Below, one piece after another: positions 9,824-21,100 of a stretch of 64,000 bases of DNA. Numbering within the stretch: position 1 is the first letter of the stretch; the number at the start of each line of letters is the position of its first letter. Source of the DNA: Mycobacteriales bacterium (GTDB lineage: Bacteria > Actinomycetota > Actinomycetes > JAFAQI01); the NCBI GenBank assembly GCA_036268295.1, contig DATAUK010000015.1, positions 9,527-73,526 of the forward strand, read 5' to 3'. The translations under genes and the position numbers were made by a program. The notes under the pieces are model-generated. The model was not told the origin of the DNA. It made no database searches and saw only the letters and a program-made list of their open reading frames with translations.

Positions 9824-11779
9824 ATGACGCCGCTCGTCACCGTTGTCGTCCCGGTTTACAACGCGGGGCTTTCACTCGAGTCCGGAGTGAGCGCCCTGCT
9901 GGGCCAGACCATGTCGACGGCGGACTTCGAGGTCATCTACGTCGACGACGGGTCCACTGACGGCAGCGGTGCGCGGCTCGACGAGCTAGCAGCGGAGCAT
10001 CCGCACATCTCGGTGCACCACATCCCGAATTCCGGCTGGCCGGGTCGCCCCCGCAATATCGGTATCGACAACGCCCGCGGGCACTACGTGCAGTTCATGG
10101 ACCAGGACGACGCGCTGGGGAGCGAGGCCTTGGAGCGCCTCTACGCGTTCGCCACGGTCAGCGACGCGGACATCGTCGTCGGCAAGGTTGCGAGTGACTT
10201 TCGCCCGGTTCTGCATGAGTTGTTCCGTTCCGATCAGCGCGGGCGCACGCTGCGCGACTTCCCACTGCTGATCCGCTCGCTGACCCCCCACAAGATGTTC
10301 CGGGTCGAACTGTTGCGCGAGCATGGGATCCGCTTCCCCGAGGGCCCTCGCCGGCTCGAAGACCAGCCGTTCGTCACCGCGGCGTACTTCGCGGCGACCT
10401 CGATCGGCGTGCTGTCGAGCTATGTCTGCTACCTGTACCAGAAGCGGGAGGATGGCCAAAATTCCGCCGCCGGGATCTACGAACCGCGCGACTATTACCG
10501 CTACCTGCGAGAGGTTCTCGACATTGTCGAGGAGCACACCGAGCCCGGGGAGTTCCGCAACGTCCTGATGTCGCGCTGGATGAAGTCCGAGCTGATCGGG
10601 AGACTTCGCGGCCCGTTATACGTCGACGAAACGCGCGGCGGGTACCGCGAAGAGCATTTCAAAGAGGTTCGCCGGCTGGTCGAAGAGCGGTTTGACGACG
10701 AGATCATCGCCCTGCTCACGCCGGCGCTACGGGTGCGCGCCCACCTGATGCAAACCGGCGACGACCAGCAGATCGGCGAGCACTGGCGCGCCTACGACAA
10801 GGTCCGCCCGGACGTCACGCTCGAGAGCATGCGGTGGCGCGACGGCGCGCTGGAACTCAAGCTGTCAGCCTTGATGCGCGATGAGGCGGGCACCGGCGAC
10901 CCGCTCGCCTTCGAGGTCATCGACGGCCGCTACTACCTGACCGACCGCCAGCTTGGCATGCCGATTCCGCTCGCTGTGCGCGAGGCCACAGATGGCGTCG
11001 AGGCCGCGACCGCTGAAATGGTGCTCCGGGAGGCGTCGACCTACGCGGAGTATTACGTCCCCGGTGACTGGGTCGCCTGCGTCGAAGAGATCGGCGACCG
11101 GCTGGTGACGGTGCGTGTGACCGGCACTGTCACCCTCGACCCTGCCACGGTGTTGTTCGGGGACCCGCTGCGGACCGGCTCCTGGCGGATGCTCGTGCGG
11201 CTGACGATCGCCGGCTGGAATCGGACCGTGCGGATCGGGGTCAGCCGCGCCGACGAGGTGCCCAACGCCCTTGACGAGCTCTACCTGGTAGGTGCGAGGA
11301 CCCGGGTCTCCGTCACCGCGCCTGACGATGAGAACGTCGCGCTCCGCGTCGCCAAGTCTCCCGCTGAGGTGGAGGTGAAGGCGAAGTTGACCACACGCGA
11401 CCGCGCGACCGTTCTCGAGGTCCTGCCGCCGCCGCTGCTGGCCGTAGCGGCGCGATCTGTCTTGCCGACGGTCACCCTCGAGCTGCGCCGGATCGGCACG
11501 ACCCCGCTCCTGGTCACCGTGCCGGGCAGGCTCGACCCCAACGGGACCATCACGGTGGCGCTGCCCAGACGCACCCGAGTCCTTACTCGTGGTGTCTCGC
11601 TCGGGCGCTGGCGGCTTCGGCTCGTGGTGTCGACTGGGACCAGGAGCATCAAGCTGGTGATCGCATCGATTCTGCAAGTGCCTGGCCGGGGCGCGATCGC
11701 CCTGCTCGCTGAATCGGACCTGACCGGCAACGAGCCGGCGCCACTTCTGCGCCGCGTTCGTCGCATCGCCAGTCGCTGA
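9824..11779 (+). CDS. GT2 family glycosyltransferase, TarS/TarP-like, with large C-terminal beta-rich region
   Basis: VVVPVYN, YVDDGSTDGS, GWPGRPRNIG, FMDQDD (DxD), LEDQ, YLYQKREDG resembling TarS motifs. Confidence 0.88.
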   Translation: MTPLVTVVVPVYNAGLSLESGVSALLGQTMSTADFEVIYVDDGSTDGSGARLDELAAEHPHISVHHIPNSGWPGRPRNIGIDNARGHYVQFMDQDDALGSEALERLYAFATVSDADIVVGKVASDFRPVLHELFRSDQRGRTLRDFPLLIRSLTPHKMFRVELLREHGIRFPEGPRRLEDQPFVTAAYFAATSIGVLSSYVCYLYQKREDGQNSAAGIYEPRDYYRYLREVLDIVEEHTEPGEFRNVLMSRWMKSELIGRLRGPLYVDETRGGYREEHFKEVRRLVEERFDDEIIALLTPALRVRAHLMQTGDDQQIGEHWRAYDKVRPDVTLESMRWRDGALELKLSALMRDEAGTGDPLAFEVIDGRYYLTDRQLGMPIPLAVREATDGVEAATAEMVLREASTYAEYYVPGDWVACVEEIGDRLVTVRVTGTVTLDPATVLFGDPLRTGSWRMLVRLTIAGWNRTVRIGVSRADEVPNALDELYLVGARTRVSVTAPDDENVALRVAKSPAEVEVKAKLTTRDRATVLEVLPPPLLAVAARSVLPTVTLELRRIGTTPLLVTVPGRLDPNGTITVALPRRTRVLTRGVSLGRWRLRLVVSTGTRSIKLVIASILQVPGRGAIALLAESDLTGNEPAPLLRRVRRIASR

Positions 11780-12130
11780 CGGACAGGCTCGGCAAAATCG
11801 GGCACGGATGGCGGTCGGCGCCGTCACGATGGCCAGAGATGCTGCGACAACCTTTCTTGACAACGATATCGCCAGCCAGGTTTGTCAGAGAATCAGCGCA
11901 AATGTTCGACGGATCGTCGAAATTCCTCCAGTGTCCCGCGCGCGTCGTCGAAGAGGAGGTCAGTCAGATCGCTACCGTTCGAATGTTCAAGCCCGCGCCG
12001 TCATCTGGCGATGGTGAGCCGTGTCCCAGCTCCTACCTGGTGGGGGTTCGTTGCCAATGCGAACCATTAGCCCCGCCATGCCCCGATGGGCTCGCTGCCC
12101 GAGGGCGAAAGTGGCGTGAAGCGGCCGGCA

Positions 12131-15100
12131 ATGAGCCGGCGCGGGCCGCGTCGCCTGTTGGGGCACGCGGTCTCACTCGTCGCGATCGTTGCCTCGACTT
12201 TGACCGGATTCGTCGCGCTCGCACCGAGCGCCAGCGCGGCGACGCCGACCTGCAACTTCGCTACTGCGGGCACCGGCACCTACGCGAGCACGCTGTGCTG
12301 GTTTGACCTGTCGAGCTATAACGCCGCGCTGGCCACCGGGGCGGGCGGCCAGCAGATGACGATGACGATCCCCGGCGGCTATTCGATCAGCTTCACGCTC
12401 AAGGTGACCGGCGGCGCGGTCAAGGCGGCGGCGCTGCCGACGTACACCCAGGCATTCCTCGGCAACAGCGGCTACACCGGGGTCGCGGGCGAGCCGGCGC
12501 TCTACCAGACGGCGAACGCCACCACCACGACGGCCACGCTGAGCGGGATCAGCCTGACCAGCTCCGCGGGAACCACGCTCACCGGCTACTCCCTCGTGGG
12601 CGCCGATGCCGAGTCCTCGGACAGCGGCGAGTCGATCACCTGGACCTCCACCACTGCGCTGGCCTCGCTGGAGACGCTCGGCAACGCCTGCGGCGGCGGA
12701 TTCACCGGCGCCGGCTCGACGACGGTGACCTGCACCGGCAAGAGTGTTGGCAACAAGACGGGCGACGCGATCCTCGCCTCCGAGGCCCCCTCCACGTTCA
12801 GCCAGACGATGGTCGGCGGCGGCCTGCAGGGGATCGGCTTCGGTGTCCTGATCTCCCAGCTCGAGTTCAACAAGACCGTCGTTAACGGCCTCGGCAGCGA
12901 CGCGTTCAAGATCTCGGTCGCGGACGGCTCCGGCACCGTGCTCGACACCGCCAACACGAACGGCACGGCGAGTGCCTCGACCGGCGTCATCCCGGTCCTC
13001 GCCGGCACCGACGGCGAGAAATACACGCTGTCCGAGTCCGCCACGGTCGGCACGCTTGCGAACTACACGCAGTCGTGGAGTTGCACCCGAAATGGGGGCG
13101 CTGATGCCACGTTGCCCACCGGGGCGGCGGGTACGACGGCGAAGGTCACGCTCAACATCGGCGACTCGGTCATCTGCACGATCACCAACACCGCGCTGAG
13201 CACCACGCTCGGGCTGGTCAAACATGCCGGCACGCCGGTCGACGTCAACCACGACGGGCTGGTCGACACCGGCGACACGATCCCGTACACATTCACCGTC
13301 ACCAACAACGGCGCGATCGCGATCACCAACATCTCAGTGACCGACGCCAAGGTCGGCGCCGTCACCTGCCCGCTCAACAGCCTCGCGGTCGGCGCCTCGC
13401 AGACGTGTACGGCGAACGCCCCCTACACCGTCACCGCGGCCGACGTGACCGCCGGCGCCGTCACCAACACCGCTACTGCGACGGCGTCGGTGTCAGGCAC
13501 GACGGCCATCACGACGTCGCCGCCGTCGAGCACGACCACCCCGACCACCGCGCCGGCACCCTCGCTCAAGCTGACCAAGTCGGTCTCGCCGGCGACGGTG
13601 ACGACAGCCGGACAAATCGCTACTTATTCGTTCGTGATCAAAAACACCGGCAACGTCACGATCACCAACGCCGGCGTGACCGAGTCCGCCTTCACCGGCA
13701 GCGGCACGCTTTCCGCGATCACCTGCCCGGCCGGCGCGGCGTCGATGGCGCCGAATGCCAGCGTGACCTGCACCGCGACCTACCCGGTGTCCCAGGCCGA
13801 CCTCAACGCCGGCTCGGTGTCCAACACCGCGAGCGCGGCCGGCAAGAGCCCGGCGGGTGCGACGATCACCTCGGCGAGCTCGACCGCCAAGATCACCGTC
13901 ACCCAGAACCCTGCGCTCACGCTCAACAAGTCGGTGTCGCCGACCTCGGCGATGACCGCCGGTCAGGTCCTCACCTACTCCTTCGTCATCACCAACACCG
14001 GCAACCTGACGCTGACCAGCGCGGCGGTCAACGAGGGGACATTCACCGGCTCCGGCACGCTGTCGGCAGCGACCTGCCCGGCCGGCGCAGCCGCAATGGC
14101 GCCAGGCGCCCAGATCACCTGCACAGCGACCTACACCGTGACCCAGGCCGACATCGATGCCGCCACGATCACCAACACCGCGACCGCGACCGCAACCCCG
14201 CCGGCTGGCGTCACCGGGCCCACCGTGTCGCCGCCGTCCTCGGTCACCATGCCGGAGCCGGCCAACCCGGCCATGACGATCAAGAAGACCGTCACACCGA
14301 CCACGGTCACCACAGCCGGCCAAACGCTGAGCTACAGCTTCCTGATCACCAACACCGGCAACGTGACGATCCACACCGTCGCGGTTGCCGAGACGGCATT
14401 CACCGGCAGCGGCACACCCTCGGCGGTGACCTGCCCGGCGGGTGCCGCCTCGCTGGCACCGGGCGCCCAGGTCACCTGCACCGGCACCTACGTCGTCACC
14501 CAGGCCGACATGGATGCGGGCTCGGTCTCCAACACCGCGGACGCGACCGGAAGGAGCCCTTCCGGCGGCACGGTCACCTCACCGGGGTCAACGGCGCTTG
14601 CCACAGTGGTGGCCAACCCCGCGCTCGCAGTCGACAAGACCGCGTCACCGACCTCGGTCTCGGCGGCCGGCCAGACCATCACCTACTCGTTCCTCATCAC
14701 CAACACCGGCAACCAGACACTGCACGGCGTGACCGCGGTCGAGACGCTGTTCAGCGGCACCGGCACGATGTCGGCACTCAGCTGCCCGGCCGGCGCCGCG
14801 TCGCTCGCCCCGGTTGCCCAGGTGACGTGTACGGCGACCTATGTGGTGACCCAGGCTGACGTCGACGCCGGCTCGGTGTCGAACACCGCGGCTGCCACCG
14901 GCAAGTCACCGTCGGCCGCCACGATTACCTCGGCGACCTCGAATGCCACGGTGACGGTCACCAACGCGCCCGCGCTCACCGTCACCAAGTCCGTGCTGCC
15001 GACCTTGGTGTCGGCAGCTGGGCAGACCGTGACCTACTCCTTCCTGGTCAAGAACACCGGCAACCTGACGATGCACGCGGTCTCGATCAACGAGGGCGCC

Positions 15101-18100
15101 TTCACCGGTTCGGGCACGGTCTCCGCGGTGAGCTGCCCGGCCGGCAACATCGCCCCGAACGCGACCACGACGTGCACCGCGACGTACGTCGTCACCCAGG
15201 CGGACATGGACACCGGTTCGGTGTCCAACACCGCGACCGCCTCGGCGAAGAGCCCGGCCGGAGCCACGACGACCTCGGCGCCCTCGACGGTCAGTTTCAC
15301 GGCGACCAATGCGCCGGCACTCACGGTCACCAAGTCGGTGCTTCCGACCTCGGTTTCCACGCTCGGCCAGTCCGCGACCTTCTCGTTCCTGGTGAAGAAC
15401 ACCGGCAACGTCACGATGCACGGGATCACGATCAACGAGGGGGCGTTCACCGGCACCGGGACGCTCTCGGCGGTGAGCTGCCCGGCCGGCGCTGCCTCAC
15501 TCGCTCCGGCCGCGACCGTCACATGCACCGCCACTTACGCGATCACCCAGGCCGACCTCGATGCCGGCTCGGTCTCCAACACCGCCACGGCGTCCGGCTT
15601 GAACCCAGCCGGCGCGACCACGACCTCGGCGCCGTCGACCGTCTCGCTCACCACGACCGCACTCCCGGCGCTCACGGTCACCAAGTCGGTGCTGCCGACC
15701 TCGGTGAGCGCAGCCGGGCAAACCGTCACATACTCCTTCCTGGTCAGGAACACCGGCAACGTCACGATGACCGCGATCGGGATCACCGAGGGCGCCTTCA
15801 GCGGCACCGGCACGATGTCCGCGCTCAGTTGCCCGGCCGGAGCCGCGTCGCTCGCCCCGAACGCGAGCGTGACCTGCACCGCGACGTACGCCGTCACCCA
15901 GGCCGACATGGACGCCGGATCGGTGACCAACACCGCGACCGCGCACGGCAAGGACCCGGCCGGCGCCACGACGACCTCGTCCGGGTCGACCGCGACGTTG
16001 TCGGTCACCGCTCACCCGGTGCTCGATCTGGTCAAGTCGGCCGCGCCGATCGGACCGACCAACCTCAGCGTCGGCGAGGTCATCACCTACTCCTATCTGG
16101 TGACCAACGCCGGCAACGTGACGCTGTCCAACGGGGCAATCGACGAGGGGGAGTTCACCGGCCACGGCACGCTCTCGGCCGTGAGCTGCCCGGCTGGGAT
16201 GACCTCGATCGCCCCGACCGCAAGCTTCACCTGCACCGCGACGTACACCGTGACCCAGGCCGATGTCGACGCCGGGACGATCGCCAACACCGCGACCGCG
16301 GTCGCCAGCCCGCCGGCGGGCGTGACCGGGCCGACCATCTCCGCGCCGTCGACGGTCACCATGCCGGCGACCGACGAGCCGTCGCTGACGCTCCACAAGT
16401 CGGTGTCGCCCTCGTCGGTGACGGCCGCGGGCCAGACGGTGACGTACTCGTTCCTGCTGATCAACACCGGCAACGTGACGGTCGCCGGGGCCACGATCAA
16501 CGAAGGCGCATTCGGTGGCAGCGGGACGCTGTCGGCAATCAACTGCCCGGCCGGGATCTCGTCGATGGCACCCGGCGCCGAGGTGACCTGTACGGCGACC
16601 TATGCGGTGACTCAACCTGACGTCGACGCTGGATCCATCTCGAACTCTGCGACCGCCAGCGGAACCGATCCGCTCGGCGCGACCGTCACGGCGCCGACCT
16701 CGACCGCGACCTTGACGGCCACCGCGTCGCCGTCGCTGACGCTCACCAAGACCGCCTCTCCGACGACGGTGACCGCGGCGACGCAGACCGTTACCTACTC
16801 CTATCTGATCCGCAACACCGGCAACGTGACGCTCGGTGAGCCGACCGTCAACGAGACCGGCTTCAGCGGCACCGGCACGCTGTCGGCGCTGAGCTGCCCG
16901 CCGGCCGCGGCCTCGATCGCGCCGAACGCCGCCGTCACGTGCACCGCGACGTACGTCGTCACCCAGGACGACATGGACGCCGGCACGCTCACCAACACCG
17001 CAACGGTGACGGCGAGCCCGCCGTCCGGCCCGGCGATCACCTCGGCGCCCTCAAGCGTGACCGTGGCCGCGACCGCGAGCCCAGCGCTCACCGTGGCGAA
17101 GTCGGTGGCACCGACCTCGGTCTCGGCGGCCGGGCAGGGAGTGACGTACTCCTTCCTGATCACCAACACCGGCAACGTGACGATGCACGGTGTCTCGGTC
17201 GCCGAGGTGGCCTTCAGCGGCACCGGCACCCTGGGAACGCTCGGTTGCCCGGGCGCGATGTCGATGGCGCCCGCCGCCCAGGTGACGTGTACGGCGCCCT
17301 ACACCGTCACCCAGGCCGATATCGACGCCGGCACGGTGACGAACACCGCGCACGCGACCGGCACGAGCCCAGCCGGCGCGACGATCACCTCGCCCAACTC
17401 CTCGGCCACCTTGGCAGTGACCGCGACCCCGGCCCTCACAGTCACGAAGTCGGTCCTGCCGACCGCGGTGTCCGCGGCCGGCCAGTCGGTGACCTACTCG
17501 TTCGCGGTGAAGAACACCGGCAACCAGACATTGCATGCGATATCGGTCACCGAGGGAGCGTTCAGCGGCACCGGCACGCTCTCGGCGGCGACCTGCCCGC
17601 CCGGATCGTTGGCACCGAACGCGACGGCGACCTGCACTGCGACCTATACCGTCACCCAGGCAGACCTGGACGCCGGATCGGTGACCAACACCGCGACCGC
17701 GTCGGCGCTCGACCCGGCCGGCACCTCCCACACCTCCGCGCCGTCGACGGCGACCCTCGCTGTCACGGCGAACCCGAGGCTGACGGTTGCCAAGTCGGCG
17801 TCGCCCTCCGCTATCTCCGCGGTCGGCCAGACCGTGACCTACTCGTTCCTGCTGAGGAACACCGGCAACCAGACGATGACCGCCGCGACCGTCAACGAAG
17901 GCGCGTTCAGCGGCAGCGGGTCGCTGTCGGCAATCAGCTGCCCGGCGGGTGCGGCCTCGATCGCGCCGACCGCGACCGTCACCTGCACCGCGACCTACGT
18001 CGTCACCCAGGCTGACCTCGACGCCGGCACGCTCACCAACACCGCCACCGTGTCGGCCAAGGACCCGACCGGGTCCAACCACACCTCGCCGCCATCGTCC

Positions 18101-21100
18101 GCGACCGTCACGACCACGCCGGGTGCCGCGCTGACGATCAACAAGACCGCGTCGCCGTCGACCGTCGACACGGTCGGTCAGGTCGTGACCTACTCGTTCC
18201 TGATCACCAACACCGGCAACCTCACGCTCACCGGGGCGACCGTCGACGAGGGCGCGTTCAGCGGGAGCGGGCTGCTGTCCGCGGTCAGCTGCCCGGCGGG
18301 TGCGGCGTCGATGGCGCCGAACGCGACCGTGACGTGCACCGCGACGTACTCGATCACCCAGGCCGATCTGGATGCCGGGTCGGTGACCAACTCCGCCACC
18401 GTCGACGCGGCGCCGCCGGCCGGCTTCGTGGGTCCGATCGTGTCGGCACCGTCCTCGACGACAGTCACCGCGACCGCGGGGCCGGCGCTGACGGTCAGCA
18501 AGTCGGTCGCACCGACCTCGGTGTCAGCGGCCGGCCAGGGCGTGACCTACTCGTTCCTGGTGCACAACACCGGCAACCAGACGATCCACTCGGTGACGGT
18601 CAACGAGGGCGCGTTCAGCGGCACCGGGTCGCTGTCGGCGGCGACCTGCCCGGCCGGCGCGGCGTCGATGGCGCCCGCAGCGACGGTGACCTGCACCGCG
18701 ACGTACACCGTCACGCAGGCCGATATCGACGCCGGCTTGGTCACCAACACCGCCACGGTGAGCGGTAAGAACCCAGCCAACGTCAGCGTGACCTCAACGC
18801 CCTCGAGCGCGATGTTTGCGGTCGGCGCCGCGCCGGCGCTCACGGTCTCCAAATCGGTTCTGCCGACATCGGTGTCAGCGTCCGGCCAGGGCGTGACGTA
18901 CTCGTTCGCGGTGAGGAACACCGGCAACGTCACGCTGCACTCGGTGACGGTGAACGAGGGCGCGTTCAGCGGCACCGGCACGCCGTCAGCCGTCAGCTGC
19001 CCGGCGGGCGCCGCCTCGCTGGCGCCGAACGCGACCGTGACGTGTACGGCGACCTACACCGTGACCCAGGCGGACATCGACGCCGGCTCGGTGTCCAACA
19101 CCGCGACCGCGTCCGGCACCGACCCGAGCGGCACGACGCTCACCTCGGCGCCGTCGACCGTGACGCTTGCGGCACCGGCCGCGCCGGCGCTCACGGTCAC
19201 CAAGTCGGTCCTGCCGAACGCCGTCTCGGCGGTCGGTCAAGGCGTGACGTACTCGTTCGCGGTGAGGAACACCGGCAACGTCACGCTGCACGCGATCACG
19301 GTCAACGAGGGCGTGTTCAGCGGCACCGGCACACTGTCGGCGGCGACCTGCCCGGGCGGGCAGCTGGCACCGGGCGCGAGCGCGACCTGTACCGCGACCT
19401 ACACCGTCACGCAGGCCGATATCGACGCCGGCACGCTCACCAACACCGCGACCGTCTCGGGTACCGATCCGGCAAGCGTGGTCGCGACGTCGGCACCGTC
19501 GACGGCGACCGTGACCGCGGCGGCGAGCCCGTCGCTGACGGTCAGCAAGACCGCCTCGCCCACGACCGTCGTGGGCGCCGGCCAGCTGGTCAGCTATTCC
19601 TTCCTTGTCACCAACACCGGCAACGTCACGCTGCACGCGATCACGGTCAATGAGGGCGCGTTCAGCGGCACCGGCACGCTGTCGGCGGCGACCTGTCCCG
19701 GCGGGTCGCTGGCACCGAGCGCGAGCGCGACCTGCACCGCGACGTACACCGTCACGCAGGCCGATATCGACGCCGGCTCGATCTCCAACACCGCGACGGT
19801 GTCGGCGAAGGACCCGGCGAACGCGACCAGTACCTCGGTGCCCTCGACCGCGGTCGTGACCACGCTCGAGGGACCGGCGCTCACGCTCGACAAGACCGCC
19901 TCGCCTACCTCCGTCTCAACCGCCGGTCAGACGATCACGTACTCGTTCCTGATCACCAACACCGGCAACGCGACGTTGACCGGCGCGACGATCGACGAGG
20001 GCAATTTCACCGGCAGCGGGCTGCTGTCCGCGGTGAGCTGCCCGGCCGGGTCCGCGTCGATGGCACCGAACGCAACTGTGACCTGCACCGCGACCTATAC
20101 GGTCAGCCAGGCCGACATTGACGCCGGGTCGATCGCCAACACCGCCACCGCGGTCGCCACGCCGCCCTCCGACCTGGTCGGGCCGATCGTCTCACCGCCG
20201 TCGACTTCCGCGGTGAGCGTCGACGCGAACCCGGCGCTGACGGTCGTGAAGTCAGTGTCGCCGACCTCGGTCAGCGCCGCCGGTCAAGGCGTGACCTACT
20301 CGTTCCTCGTCACCAACACCGGCAACGTGACGATGCACGGGATCTCGGTCAACGAGGGCCCGTTCAGTGGCACCGGGACGCTGTCGAGCGCGACCTGCCC
20401 GCCCGGCTCACTGGCGCCGAGCGCGAGCGTGACCTGCACCGCGACCTACATCGTCACCCAGGCCGATCTCGACGCTGGATCGGTCTCGAACACCGCCACC
20501 GTCACCGGACTCGACCCGACCGGAGCTCCCGAGACCTCGTCACCGTCGACCGCAACGCTGAGCGCACCGGCGGCTCCGGCGCTGAGGATCCAGAAGACCG
20601 CGTCGCCGACCGCAGTGGACTCGGTCGGACAAACCGTGACGTATTCCTTCCTGGTGACCAACTCCGGCAACGTCACGATGCATGCGGTGACCGTGAACGA
20701 GGGCGCCTTCAGCGGCTCGGGCACGCTGTCGACAGCGAGCTGCCCGGCCGGCTCGCTGGCGCCGAGCGCGAGCGTGACCTGCACCGCGACGTACGACGTC
20801 ACGCAGGCCGACCTCGATGCCGGATCGGTGACCAACACCGCGACCGCCTCGGCGACCGACCCGACCGGCACGACGCTGGCTTCGGCGCCCTCGACGGCAA
20901 CCGTCAGCGTCACCGCTGAGCCGGGGCTGAGCCTGGTCAAGTCCGCGGGGCCGATCGGACCGGCGACGCTGACTCCCGGCGAGGTCATCACCTACTCGTT
21001 CCTGGTGACCAACACCGGCAACCTGACCATCACCGATGTCGGCATCGACGAGGGTGCGTTCAACGGCAGCGGTCTGCTCTCGGCGGTCAGCTGCCCGCCG

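Noticed and set aside
11780-12130. Riboswitch (c-di-AMP ydaO or c-di-GMP) upstream of the adhesin
   Set aside because: Hairpins exist (GGTTCG...CGAACC) but consensus motifs were not found; an Rfam scan would be decisive
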